A DNA stretch of 55,610 nucleotides, filler included, from Bipalium vagum (lineage: Eukaryota), in NCBI GenBank assembly GCA_037834085.1. It is 3 parts of 3 records of this genome, joined end to end, with 100 filler letters (N's around TTAATTAATTAA, not from the genome) between each part and the next. Parts side by side here need not be neighbours in the genome. Positions count along the whole stretch, not along the records: positions 1 to 16,158 come from JBBMKC010124868.1; 2 more parts are not named here. The stretch is one strand, 5' to 3'. The notes under the pieces were generated by a model. The model was not told where the DNA came from, did not search any database, and was given only the letters and a program-made list of their open reading frames with translations. Numbering within the stretch: the stretch's first letter is position 1; each line of letters opens with the position of its first letter. The translations under genes were made by a program, and so were the position numbers. This document shows positions 1 through 13,100 of this stretch, one piece after another.

Positions 1-68
<68 letters not shown>
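1..68. repeat. (ATT)n microsatellite at contig end
   Basis: Perfect ATT tandem array of about 22 units at the window start. Confidence 0.98.
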
Positions 69-70
<2 letters not shown>

Positions 71-218
71 TTTTAAAGAAAGCAAAATAACCAAATCTAC
101 AGTCGATCTCAGAATGAATAAAAATAAATATATTACTTATCTTCACATTTGAACAATTTAATTAGTCAAATGATCTTGTCATCGTATTTGAAGTTTATTT
201 GATTTAATAAATATACAT

Positions 219-1438
219 TGTAACATTTATTTTTTGAATCCATTTTTACCCACAAAAATAATATTAAATTATAAAGTTATAATAATACTCGTAATAAATA
301 TAATAAATAATGTTAATATGCCACCATCATTTCTTTAACACCATGATGACATGTGACGAATCTTAATGATACAAAAAAATATCATTGTTCGGAGGAGACT
401 TCTGGGTTCCTAGAAAATCAACGAATGATTTAACGGATTGCCCACGGTTGGTCAACTAAAATCCAAACGATAAAGAATATTATTTTGATTATTGACTCGT
501 GAAAACGTGAATATTTTTAATTATTTAGCAGACAATCGAAAATGAAATCTCTAATGCATTCTAGTAATCATGATTTAATGTTGACTACAATACTCAGATT
601 CCATGGATCTCGGCCCATGGCGAGCAACTCGGTAAGGGACTCGTCATTTGGTTACTAATTAGGCTAATATTAAAATATTTTTAGTTCCCAACCCCATAAT
701 GATAATATATTAATTAATTAAAATAGTTAATTAATAATTAACTTAATAAATAAAAAATAATTAAATTACTATAAACATTTCGATGTTCATTTCGTAAAGG
801 TTGCGGATACATGCGACATACATGATTAGTTATACCTCTCAATTAATGTTTCTGGGTTACCGTGAGTATACTTATTAATATTTGATTAATTTATTTGGTT
901 ATTTTTAATCAGTAGCATGTATTTCTAAAATTATAATTTTCAAAATTTTAGAAATTTATCTTATTTTAGTAATAATTAAATTTAGAAAGTACGTCATCAT
1001 TGACAGCTTAACTGGACAATCAGAGACGCCAAAACGAACAGTAAAATAGTATAAAGCCAGAGAAAATTCATTATTTTTCGCCCAGAAAATTTCCAGATAA
1101 AAGGTATGTTTTATTTTGGTAATTTTATTTTGCTGACCAGGGTTTTCCCTGGAATAGCTTTTTAATTAAGGAGTGTTGTTTGTAGACTGTCTCAGCAGTT
1201 TGGTGATTTAGTTTGACTACCAATTGTTCCAGTTTGTTTGAGAGTGACTGCCTATTTCGGTTTGTTTGTGTAATTAAAAGGGTCTCATTTAATTTAACAA
1301 AACTTTATAGTGTTGCTTTTGTGTTTTTGTTAGAGGGTGAGATACGAGCTCTTTAGATAGGCCCACAGCAATCTCAGAGTAGGTAGAGTTGAGCCAACAT
1401 AATATAAAGAGTTTGCAGAGTAAATGAATTTAGTTACA
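219..1438. mobile_element. Possible solo LTR or LTR-like repeat
   Basis: Bounded by TGTAAC (219) and GTTACA (1433-1438). The interior is non-coding and richer in GC than the flanks, with a TATAAA at about 1050. No matching TSD found, so the call is tentative. Confidence 0.25.
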
Positions 1439-2313
1439 ATTTATGTTATTTTATCATCTGTTATCGGATTCTGTCATTCTCTGTAATCTCTTTTTTTCAC
1501 ATGGCCTCATATTAAATTAATTCACTTAAGAACTAATATCAATTTCTATGATGTAAGGAGACGTAAAATTTAAAACTCGTCAACTATCAATGAATTATCT
1601 TTTTAATAACAAAATATCTGCAAATCAAAAAGCCTTTAAAACTTGCAATAAAGAGAACCATTACGTATGATTATTGCATTTTATCTCAGAAATACATCAT
1701 CTGTAAGGATATTTTAAAAATAACCTTTACATTTCAAATAAATAAACAATTTTTAAATATATTAAAGAATTTTTAAAAAAATAATTTAATTATATAAGGC
1801 TTTTGAATAAAATTAAAGCTATCCTTGGTTAATAAATTTATAAATTTCATAATTAAAGTTTTTGAAAAGAATCAGAATAATTAATTTGCTTAAATATTAA
1901 ATTAATAAAGATCACTTTTAAAAACCATCAAAAATATTTTGTGTTGAAATAAACATTGCTTTCACTTGTACATTATGATTTTGTGAAGTCCAATATCATC
2001 CACTTTTCGTAAAACTGGGTCTTATTGACTTAGTATTCAAAATTTGAATAATGTACTTTCTGGATAATTGACATTTCACCATTTTTTTATAATTTGCCAA
2101 TTTTTTATGTCTAATCTTCACTATCATATTCCCAACATTTAAGTATATTATTTATATATCTAATTTAAATAAATAATCATTGGAAATACCTCATCAACAG
2201 TTTCGAAATAGTGAGAATAAACTTTCACAAAATATTATTTATCCTTCTATACAAAAACCAATTCCATAATTAATAATAATTTTAAAATAATTTTAGTATA
2301 TATTCTATATTTA

Positions 2314-3793
2314 CAGGGTTTGTCATGTCATTTCGTAAATTTTTATTTGGTTAATATTTACAATAAATAGCGCCTTATATGCTGTCGTTTAAATAAAGTT
2401 ATGTTATGTTAATTATAAATTAACAAAGATTCTAGTTGCTTAATTGTTTTACTTATTCCTCCATAACAGCAGAATTGTGCTAACTTATGTAAAACTAATC
2501 CTTGTATTTCAACTTCAAAAAATTTTCACTTCATTTTGTAATTATGTAAATCAATTTCAATTTTTTGTCATGTCATTTCGTAAATGTGTAATTCAATGTC
2601 GTTATTTTTATTTCAGTGTAAATTAATTAATTTTATTTTGTTTAATTTAATTGAGTCTTACGTTAATGGACATCGCTAAAAAGACATTTCTTCAATGCTT
2701 GGTGTAAAATATCTGACAACATGTTCAATAATCAGAGTTTATGAAACTGGAGGATTTAAGCATAAATTAAAGATTGGAGCAAGAAAAAGATCCATGGAAC
2801 AGTTTTATATTTATATATTGAAGCAATAAAAACATGTTTTGGTGAAGACTGTGATATTACATTAAGAGTAATTAAAGACATTGCAAAAAAATACGGAATT
2901 TGTGTTTGTGGAAAACCAGTGGATTGATATTTGATTCTTTTTCTTATAGTTTTAAATTAACCACACTAATTCTTTCAAGAAGAAACGATACCCGATCAAT
3001 GGAAAATCCTTTTGCATATGCTAATGACTTTCTAAATCTATTATCTACAATAAATGAAAAAAATATATTTTTGTGGACGAAGTTTGGCTTAATCTAACTA
3101 TGCGAACCAAGAAAGGAAGATTTGCAATAGGTTCACCACCTGTGCATAATGTTTCAGGACTAATGTCTAGAAATATTTCCATATGCTGTGCAATGAATAA
3201 AAAAGGAATATATAAATATACATCCCAAACAACTGGATTCAAATCAATTACATTTGCTTACTTTATTTTAGCATTACTTGAAAAATTAAATTCACTCAAT
3301 ATTACTCACGCTTTTATGATATTAGATGTTCCTTTTCACAAACTTTATAATACCCGTGAAATATTTTCTAATAATCCGAAGTACAGGTTAATATTTTACC
3401 ACCTTATTCTCCATTTCTTAACTCCATATTGCTTGCTAAGTGAAGACAAATGCTGAGGCAAGGCCGCTCAACCAGCGAACAAGAATTACTTGAATTTATC
3501 GGGAATGCCTCACAAAGATAACCAGTTCAGATTATGAAGGTTACTTTAGAAATAAATTTACATTTATTCGAAGATGCATGAATAAGTTGCCCATTATTGC
3601 TGGTAATTAAAGTTATTCAGTTTAGTGTTTTTAAATTTTTTATATTGTTTTAACTAAGCAAAGGCTTTTATATTTTTTTTTGAATTACGAGATTGAATTA
3701 CAAAGTGACGAAATGACATGAAAAAAATATGATATTGAATTACAAAATTAAGAAATGAGAATCAAAATTTATGAAATGATATAACAAACCCTG
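2314..3793 (+). mobile_element. Tc1/IS630-like (DDE) DNA transposon with decayed transposase
   Basis: TIR CAGGGTTTGTCATGTCATTTCGTAAATTTT at 2314 and its inverse ending at 3793, both flanked by TA. Frameshifted transposase pieces read DEVWLNL..RTKKGR, NISICCAMN, MILD-VPFHK and LPPYSPFLN (about 3397-3423). Confidence 0.85.
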
Positions 3794-5109
3794 TAAATAA
3801 ACATCTGGTAAAAGTCTCCATGCAAAGGTGTATGGAACGAAACCCCAAAACATATATATAAAAGAAACAATCAAAGGACCAAGGAACAGTTAATCTGTCT
3901 AATTGTTAATTTTCAACAATACTTTAGTGATCTGCTTGATAATTTTTATTTAATTATAAATAAAATAAAGGCTTACTCAAACCGTCAATGTCTGAATTGA
4001 GAGAAAGTGGATTTACAATAAGGACAGGTGGTATGAAAAGGAGGAAGACTAAGATCAAAGAAGACACCAAAGGAAACTGTCAAAAGAGTCAATTTTGCAT
4101 CAGTAGATGAAATACAGAGATGAAATGTCATTAATAGAAGAGAATGTACGAACCATCTGTACAGCAAGTTCAACCACATGGACGAAAAAACAATTCTAGA
4201 TACACGATCCCACCTATAAGCATTTTTGATAGAGCCAGCGATTCCAAACTGGCTACTGGGTTCTGGATCGTGAAGCTCCTATTTAAAACTGCTGGTCGCT
4301 GGAATTTGTGTTGAGGGTATACCCCCTCTAGTACATACCCAGTTAGAGACAGAAAGCGACTGTTAATCCGAACTTAACCTGAGTAGTCAGAATGTTTTTT
4401 ATTTACTTTTTTACGCCCTTGGTATGAACAACAGTCTAGGACACATCAAACGAGAGCCATAACAGAATCTCTGATTACTTATATAGTTAACTAAACTACT
4501 CTTCTCAACTAAAATTCTTCTCATTAAGTCAAAGTAAATATCCAAAGTCAAATTATCACTGTTTGTCTTTCAACCTCTCTGTGCATTCATCTTTCAAAAT
4601 ACCATAATTATTTAAAGTTCAATTGAATTTTCATGTTCCTATTCAAAGCAATAAATATAACCAACCTCAAATATCGTTTCGACATTAAGATATGAACTTA
4701 CTTAAGTTCATAATTAAAATTACTGAATAAAATTAATTAAGTATAAAATACTTAAGAAACCACTTAAAGTTACTTTACATTGCGAATACCATTTAATTAC
4801 AAAATATATTTTATCACATATTTTTAACTTAAAATTTTTTTTAACTTTTATTTAATCATTTCTTGAATTTTATTTATTAAATTTAAAAATTATAATCATA
4901 ATAAAATTATACTATCACTTAAACATTATTCCTGCTGCATTTATTTTCTTTTTATTAAAATTTCAAAGTTTTTAAGTTTTAATTTAACTTAATATGCTAA
5001 ATGCCTTTATTTTTAAATTTATTTTGAAAGCCTTTGAACAATATTGATATTAATTTATTCTTTAAAAAATTAGGCAGGGTTTTAACAAAACATTAAATTA
5101 TAGTATATA

Positions 5110-5390
5110 CAGGGTGCGCTACTTAAATCGGGAAAATTATCAGTAAAACAAAAGCCGAATATATATTAGTAATGATCAAGCAAATTATAAAATTTATTTA
5201 TAGGTTTCAAAATTTACAGGTTTATCTTTAATGTCACTCAATCCATTCTCCTTTAGCTTCGATGACGACCTCCAAACGGAATCGGAACCGACTACAGGCA
5301 TTAATTACATGGTCGGTGGAAATATTGGTTACTGCCTTCGAAATGGCAGTTCGTAGGGCTTCAATGGTGTTATGGGAATATTTGTTGGAC
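5110..5390 (-). mobile_element. 3' fragment of a maT/DD37D-like (Tc1-mariner superfamily) transposon
   Basis: TA-CAGGGTG terminus at 5108-5116. The minus strand encodes a typical transposase C-terminus, SHNTIEALRTAISKAVTNISTDHVINACSRFRFRLEVVIEAKGEWIE*. Subfamily assignment is from recalled similarity. Confidence 0.65.
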
Positions 5391-7149
5391 TATATATATT
5401 TTGATATGGAAATGTATTGTTGGGAAGCATTCTTCCAAATCCCCCTTCGAGAAGTAGTATCACTCATTTTTATATATATAAAGATACATTTCTTTATTTA
5501 TGTATAATAAATAATTTCATTTATTTCTTCTGATCAGGTATTTCTATTACAGCATTCAATATGCTCTGAATGTCCGCGTAAATGGTGTATCGATTAGTTT
5601 CTATATCGTTTACTTTTCTACATTTCCTGCATCAAATCATAATACTATTCCGTGTAATTTGTCGTAACATCATACTGGAGACCAGAAAACCAATTAAACT
5701 TATATTTAAATTTTATTGTTCTACAGCTACAACGGTTAATTCTTCTTATTTGACCATAAAAGTAAAAAGAGAATTAAAATCAAGATAATAACAATAACAT
5801 AAATATAGGATATAATTAATTAAAGTCCGAAATCACCTTTTTAGAGCTGTTTCTTTCCTTTTATACATACATGATGTAGATAGATTTTCTAAAAAAAATA
5901 TAAGCCAATCTTTTGAGTTCCTTTTTTTATTTTTACTAACTCTAGTGACAACCCATAGCAATTTCCACAAATAATAAAAAACTTTTCTAATTGAAAATTT
6001 ATAATAAATTTTCAAAGCTGTTCAACTTTAATTGTTATTAATTGCTTATGAAAAAATTGATAATAATAATATAAAAGAAAATTATTATTATAAAATAAAA
6101 AACTTTCAGTAATTATTAAAGTCATAAGAAATAATCCTTGAAATAAAATATGGTAATTAATAATAATAATTAAGCATTAGTAATAATATTAAAATTATTA
6201 TTAACAAATTTCTAATTTTTTAGTTTTTCCAAAAGCATTAATCATAGTCCGCAATTATATACTGAGTTTCATAAATAATTTTTCCTCAGATATGTTAGGT
6301 AACAGCAGCATCTTGAGAGATAATGATAAATTTTAGGGTAAATAATAAATCATTCCCACAAATTTTAAAAGCAAACAACAGAATTGGTTGGCTGGCTACA
6401 AAGAATTACCACGTAAAGAAGAGAAACCCCAGCGATAAGTGCCGAAGAAGACGGCAAGATTTTGATTATTGCGTTGCTGAAGAATTAGTGCTAATAGTAT
6501 CGATATTTTGCTGAATAAAAAAGACAAGATTTATATAATTATCCCGTATTTGAAAATTTTATAAAGTTTATTGAAAATTTTCGAAATTTTGTTAGAAGAG
6601 TAGGATTTTGTGTAAGTAGGATTTATTAAAGTATTTGGTCTGACTAAAGACTCGAAACAAGGAGTAAGCATCATAAAAATTACAGGAAAGCTTTTGCAAT
6701 TTTGTTTCTATTAGAGAATATTTTTAATTAAAAAGATTTCTGATTTAACTACGAAATGAATTTTCTAACATATACTGATATCCGTAATTTGTTTTGGACA
6801 GAAGATTGGTTTGTTTTCAAATTTATTTTGCATAAATAAATCAGCTCTCCTTGGCCTCGGTCATCTCTAGTCGACCTAATAGTGTCTAGCTGAAGATCCA
6901 GGATCCGTTGACTCTCGTTGATGAGTGAAGTAAATGCTATACTCAAAATTGGTGAACCATAAATAGTTGAAGTATTATAAAGGATGTTTGTAAATGCCGA
7001 GATTACAATTATAATAAGTTTCATTTAACTTCTTTACTAATGACATAGTTATTAGTTATTATAAAATAAAAATAATTACTTATAATTACGATAATATCAA
7101 AACATGTCCTTTTACATTAAAATCTTGAAATTTTAAATTTGACTGCAGT

Positions 7150-10100
7150 CTAGATAGGTTAACAATTTACTCCATGTATTATGAAATTGATTGTAGTGAG
7201 AGATGTAGAGAGATTGACAAATCTGAGGAAATACAAAGTAGCTAAAAATAAAATCATCAATCATTATAATAAATGGAGGAAATAGACCATCCAAGATACA
7301 AAAAAATTTGGCAGACGAACAAATACAAATGTATGTTGAAAAGCAACGGTCCGTAGAAAATAAAAATTTTACTATGGAAGATTTAATTATTATGTTCAAG
7401 AAACATATATTCGTAAATTATGATGAGTTATGTATATGTTAACATATTCGACAGAAACAGTGAGACTACTTCTCACTTCTACGAAAATCATTAAATATAT
7501 TAACAAGCAAATCAACTAATACGCATGTTGATGCTACTTATGGATTGAGTATTTATAAAATTAAAATCATTATTATATGGTTTTCAGACCATTTACTTTG
7601 CACAGAATAAAGATAAGTACGATTTTAATACGATAATTAATGAAATTAGAAAATATCTTTCTTAAAAATGATTGATTTTTTCGTCAAGAATATAATTGGA
7701 GATGACACTTCGGTCATTACAGCAAAAATTGAAATGTTCGTTTGAAATTTATTGAGAAATTGTTGGGATCATATTGTGAGATTAATTGATAAGAAAGCTA
7801 AAAGTATTGGCAGCAGACGAAAAATAAAAATTTAAAGATATAAATTTCATTCAATGACTTACAGATAAACATTTTTTATGCTATTGAGAAGTTTTGAAAA
7901 ATAAATATGCATAAATGACAAGCACATGAAATTTTAGAGGATTTTTTCAGTTCAATTTATTCTATAGGTAATTTTTATAAAATTTATAAGATATTTTCAT
8001 TATCTACTAATAATGGCTGGGAACTTTAAAATAATATCAATCGAACTTTAAAATAATATTTTTTGACTTTGAACATTTTTAGAAGCAGTCTTGAAAGTTA
8101 TTGACGACTATTTTAAATTAATTTCTTGTCTCGATAAAATCGTCTATATTCAAGATGAATTTGTTTGAGATTCGTTTTGCTGAAAAGAAAATTTGGTATG
8201 AATTATTATGTAGAAAATACAATACAGATGTCGAATCAAGATTTATCTCAAAAATCATTCAAAAAATTGTCGACTATTAATTTTTATAAACCGTTTATTA
8301 TTCATCTAGCAAAAAAATCTGTACTGAGAATATTGTAAGATTTGATTTGCTAGTGAAAGTTCAACTATAAAAGCAGTGTCTTCATATTTAAAACTATTCT
8401 ACTCTCAATTAGAAATGTCGATTTTCTTAGTTTAAAGACTAAAAGAGGAAGATGAAAAAATATACCAAAAAATGTCTCACAAAGATGAGATTAAAAATAC
8501 TTGTGTTCAAATAAAAACATGTTTGCATTAATTAAATTTATGTTTTTATTTATTTTTTATCCTTAATATTAAATGAAAAATGTGTAAAATGATTTATATT
8601 AATGTAATAGTTTATATTCTAGTGTGAAAAAATATTGTAACCATTATTATAATACTGATGTGAACTTAATTGGTTAATATACTTTATTTAAGCCTTTAAT
8701 TGTACTAGTCACATGCACATGTAAGATATTTTTGAATAGCATTTTTATAGTTTAATATCAATAAATATATAATAAATGAATAAAATCCAAATTATATTGA
8801 TTCATCTTTCTTTCCGGAATAATTAATTTAATAAGTCCACGTGCTATAGCAAACAGTATTCTTTTCCAATTGTTCATCTCCGCCAGAAAAAGACTGAGCT
8901 TTATTTACCATTAGATTCAACTTTCAGGTGTATTTAAAACGTTTTCAGACTATTTTGATGTAAGATCGTTCATTGCAATCAAGAAAATCTACTGAAGGAC
9001 ATTTGCACAATTTCAACAATAACACCCATAACCTAAGCAAAACCGCCATAAAAATTTAATATGTGCAATACAATAATCTCAAGAACACTAATATAGTGTT
9101 AGAAAAGTAATTGTTTCAAAAATTGAGATACCAAAAAAATTATGAATCAACTGTCAAGAAAAGAGAAAACGTGAATCGAAGAACAAATGACAAAACGCGT
9201 TCCGCCAAATTCCGCCAAAATGTCTGCTAAATTAGACAGACTAATATAATTAATGTTGATAAATGTAATTTATTATTTTTATTTATTAAATTCATGTATT
9301 CATTTTTTCGTGATTTTTTCCTGTACAGCTTTTATAATATTGAATATTTTTAAAATGAGAAAACCTTTCAAAAAGATTAAGATTCACTGAAAATAAGATC
9401 AAAATTTCACATAGAAAAATTAGTACACTATGCCATACTTTTTTGAAAATTTTGGCATTATCTCAAAACAAAATCATTAATTGAAGAATGTACTCTAATC
9501 GAAAATAGTTTTAATGGGAACAACCAACATCAAAATGAAATATATTCCTAAATAAGTTAGAGAACTTAACCGATTTAGAAATATATTAAAACTGTTTTAA
9601 GTGATAAGACGGTATTCCAAAATTTTAATAGCATGAGATCCTGGAACAGACCCGTTGTAACAAAGGTCGAAGAAGAATGATTACGAATTTTAATCATAAA
9701 TTTATGAAATTTTTTATTTTTCAAATTCAGAAACTCATTTATTCTATTTCATATTTTTATAATTTTACATTAATTAAGATAATAAAAACTTCAAATGATT
9801 AATTTTACTTATTTATAATTTATAAAGAATTATTATCAGAAAATTTACATTTTATAAATTTAAGTCCAAAAAGAAAATGGTAATTATGAATAAAGGAAGA
9901 TAAGCCCAGAGAAAAATAATTAATGGAATGTTAAGTAACCCCGTGTTGTTAGATCTATTTTTCACTACATAAAAAAGGCTCAAGTCAATCACTTTCGCCA
10001 AAAGAATTATGACGATAGTTTGAGTGGTGAGTCTTTTCCAAGCGAGATTGGTAACTGATAAGTGACCGTAAAGACCCGAGTAAAATACCAAAGGAACTGA

Positions 10101-13100
10101 GCTAAAGTCAGCAAAAGTAATTTTAATTGTTACTTTTTTCAAGATTATTTTATTTTAAATTTTGGCTTTGTTGAGACAAGTCGCTTTATTAAGGTAATTT
10201 ATTGTTAATATTATACTTTTCATACGATAATTAGTGTGAATAGATTATATTGCACCGGTTGGTCATTATTAACAAATGTGAACATTGTGTGATATATGTG
10301 TGATACAATCAGTAAAGATTTCAGACTTTTATTTCAAATTAACTCAGCCAAATCAGATAGACTTTTAATGACTTAGTACTTTTTATTTTGCTTATTTTTA
10401 ATTAAAGATTTTTTAATTAAATTCCTTTAAATTTTCTCTTTTTTTGGAAATATTCTTTCAAAAATTTATTTCCTGGCTTTTTACGAATTTAGCAAATTCG
10501 ACTTTGAAAGTTTAAAAATATTTATCATAAATATTTATATAACTACATCTAAAAATTTTATAAAAAGTTATAGTAAAATAAGAATTTGTCTACTACATAA
10601 AATCTATGTTATAAACATTAATATTATAATATGAATAATTATTTTACAATCGAGTTACGACGCTAATAACAATGTTCATTTAATGTTATTATTTATTTTT
10701 AATATTTTCTTTTAAATTTATGTTCATTTGTAATTTTAAATAGAATAAATTTGGATGTTATAAAACTAACTTATTGCTAATATAATTAATAGTCTTTTCT
10801 CTTTATTGTACTGAATTACAGATGAAGATAAAATTTAATCCGACTTGATGACAAACAAGAAATATTCATCAGATATAATTTCCAGAATGAAAAAAATGTA
10901 ACAAAGATCAAATGATCAAATTTCTCAACCACATAAGTTTCGAATAGAAGACTAGATTTGATATCTCTAAGAACACAAAAATTATTTATAACTGAATTTA
11001 AAATGGAAAATGGATGAACTTCAAATTTTCAGACTTGAGGTACTTGTGGATCCCACAAAAAACACTATTTGAAAAACATTGTGGTTTTTTTTAATTCCTT
11101 CTTGTTTTCAATTTTTAAAGATTACAGCTGTCGAATTAGAAAACTAACATTCAATTCCCATCTAGCATTAACACATCTAAAATCACTCACTTTTTAGGAA
11201 CTTAACATACTTATAACATTTGAATGAATATGAAGTTGTGCAGCATCATAATTTGATTTAATAATTTTATTATTTTAATAATAAATAATAATTATAATAA
11301 TAAAAATAAAATAAAATCCCACGAAAAAATAGAAAAACAAATTTCAAAATGATAAAATTTTCGGCAGATATTGATTTGATGTTTTGATAATATTATTTTA
11401 ATTTTGTATATTTCACTGTGATCTTTATTTTATGTACTTTAAATCAATACAGCTCTGAATAAAGATATTTAATGTAAAGTCTCTACACGTGAGTAATAAA
11501 ATTTATCTTATTTTTTTCTAAAAAAAATTATATATTCATATATTATATGATTAATGCAGGGATCAAAAAGAAGAATCAATAATAACCTGATATTGAAATT
11601 AAAATTATTAGAAAATAATAAGTATTATTAACAATTAATAATTTGAAATAATCTGAATCCTGAATTAAGCAAATACTTTGGTCGCCTCAAACCATAGAAC
11701 CATGTGATATGTAGATGAAATAAACATCTAAGATTGATGACATTGACCAAAATATTTCAATAATAAATAATTAACCAAGTTGATTAAAAATTTTGATTAA
11801 TAAAAAATAACAACAACCTTTAAAATATCTTTAAAATAAAAAAAGAATAATATCAGGTGGACCGGAAAGTATTCAATTATTTAATATATCATGTATACTT
11901 ATTTAAAGTTAATTACCTAATATACCATGCATCACAGCCTGTTCAATTTTTACTTTGTTATATAATAAATTTTATGCTTTCCTAGGTTATAATAAATAAT
12001 TTTGTTTTAATTTATTTGATAAAAATTTGATAATTAAATACTCTAGATTACTAGACGTAGTAACACTCGTGGATCAAGTAATTTACTCTTTTTACTTATT
12101 TCTATTTATTATTCAAATTTGCAAGAATTTGAGACGGAATTCGTGGAATTATTCTATAATTAAATATAAATGGACCTCCAAAAATTCTTTTAGTAGTTCA
12201 TCCAAAGTGTTTGTGTGTGCAATAGCTAAGTAGTAATTATTTTGAAGGTATTACTGATAAATTATTGGTTGCAATTTTGGAAAGTTATTGAAGGCGTATT
12301 GAAAATTTATTCTGTTGAAAACATTATTTTCCATATAATGTTTTCAGCTAAAAATTTTTGTTTGGCATGAGTATTATTATATTTCTAGGTGTGTAAATCG
12401 TTTCAAGGATTGTGTTCGAATCCCAAGCGAGCTAGATAACTGAATGGTTACAATAAAGACCCGGACAGAATGTACAAGAATTCAACTGAAATCGACTAAA
12501 AATAATATTATTTTCCATTCCTTTCTTTATAATTCAATTTAGTTTTTTATTGGTTTTTTTTAAACATAAGACATAAAATGTTTTATTGCATTGTAGGTCA
12601 TTAAGTATGGTCATTTTTAAAGTCTAATATCTCTGCGAATTTTTATTCTAAAATAATAAATTTGGTTTAATATTTAGCTAAAGCAACACTCTTTCAAAAA
12701 ATCAAGACATCTATTTTAGATCAATATATGATTTGTAATATACAGGTTATAGATAATGGAAAAATTCAAAATTCGTATAGTAATGGAATAGGAGTTCCGT
12801 AGAAAATCCAAGATAGTTCAGACCGTGCAGAACATGAAGAATGTCTTCGGTGATAATGCCCCTAATCAAAGCTTTGAGATTTGAAAAATTGAGATCTGGA
12901 GATTTTGGCTTGGAAAATCAGCTCGAGGAAGACCTAAAACATCAATTTACAATGAATTGAAAGCTGTCGTGGAAAAATACTCGAGCCAAACTACCACAGA
13001 TTTAGCAACAAAATTTGGTGTTTCCGTCCAACTATTTTGGTTCATCTGCGAAAAATTAATAAAGTTAAAAATTCGACCGATAGATTCCATCGGAATTGAC

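Noticed and set aside
1-68. Telomere or CRISPR-like array at the window ends
   Set aside because: Simple (ATT)n, not TTAGGG, and without spacers. The same motif occurs internally.
8820-9680. Possible Penelope RT-thumb or other retroelement relic (also LTR-like patches at 4200-4480, 24060-24250, 40880-41250)
   Set aside because: Only vague compositional or motif resemblance, too degraded to call without a repeat-library search.
9852-10142. Hydrophobic I/F/L/K-rich ORFs as membrane proteins (also 17164-17439, 37547-37834, 47081-47290, 48440-48649 and similar)
   Set aside because: Expected translations of very AT-rich non-coding DNA, often with non-ATG starts and no motifs or splice context.
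11852-11880. Isolated TIR-like tips (TATCAGGTGGACCGGAAAGT here; others near 14293, 31254 and 34616)
   Set aside because: No partner TIR or transposase could be identified, so boundaries cannot be supported.
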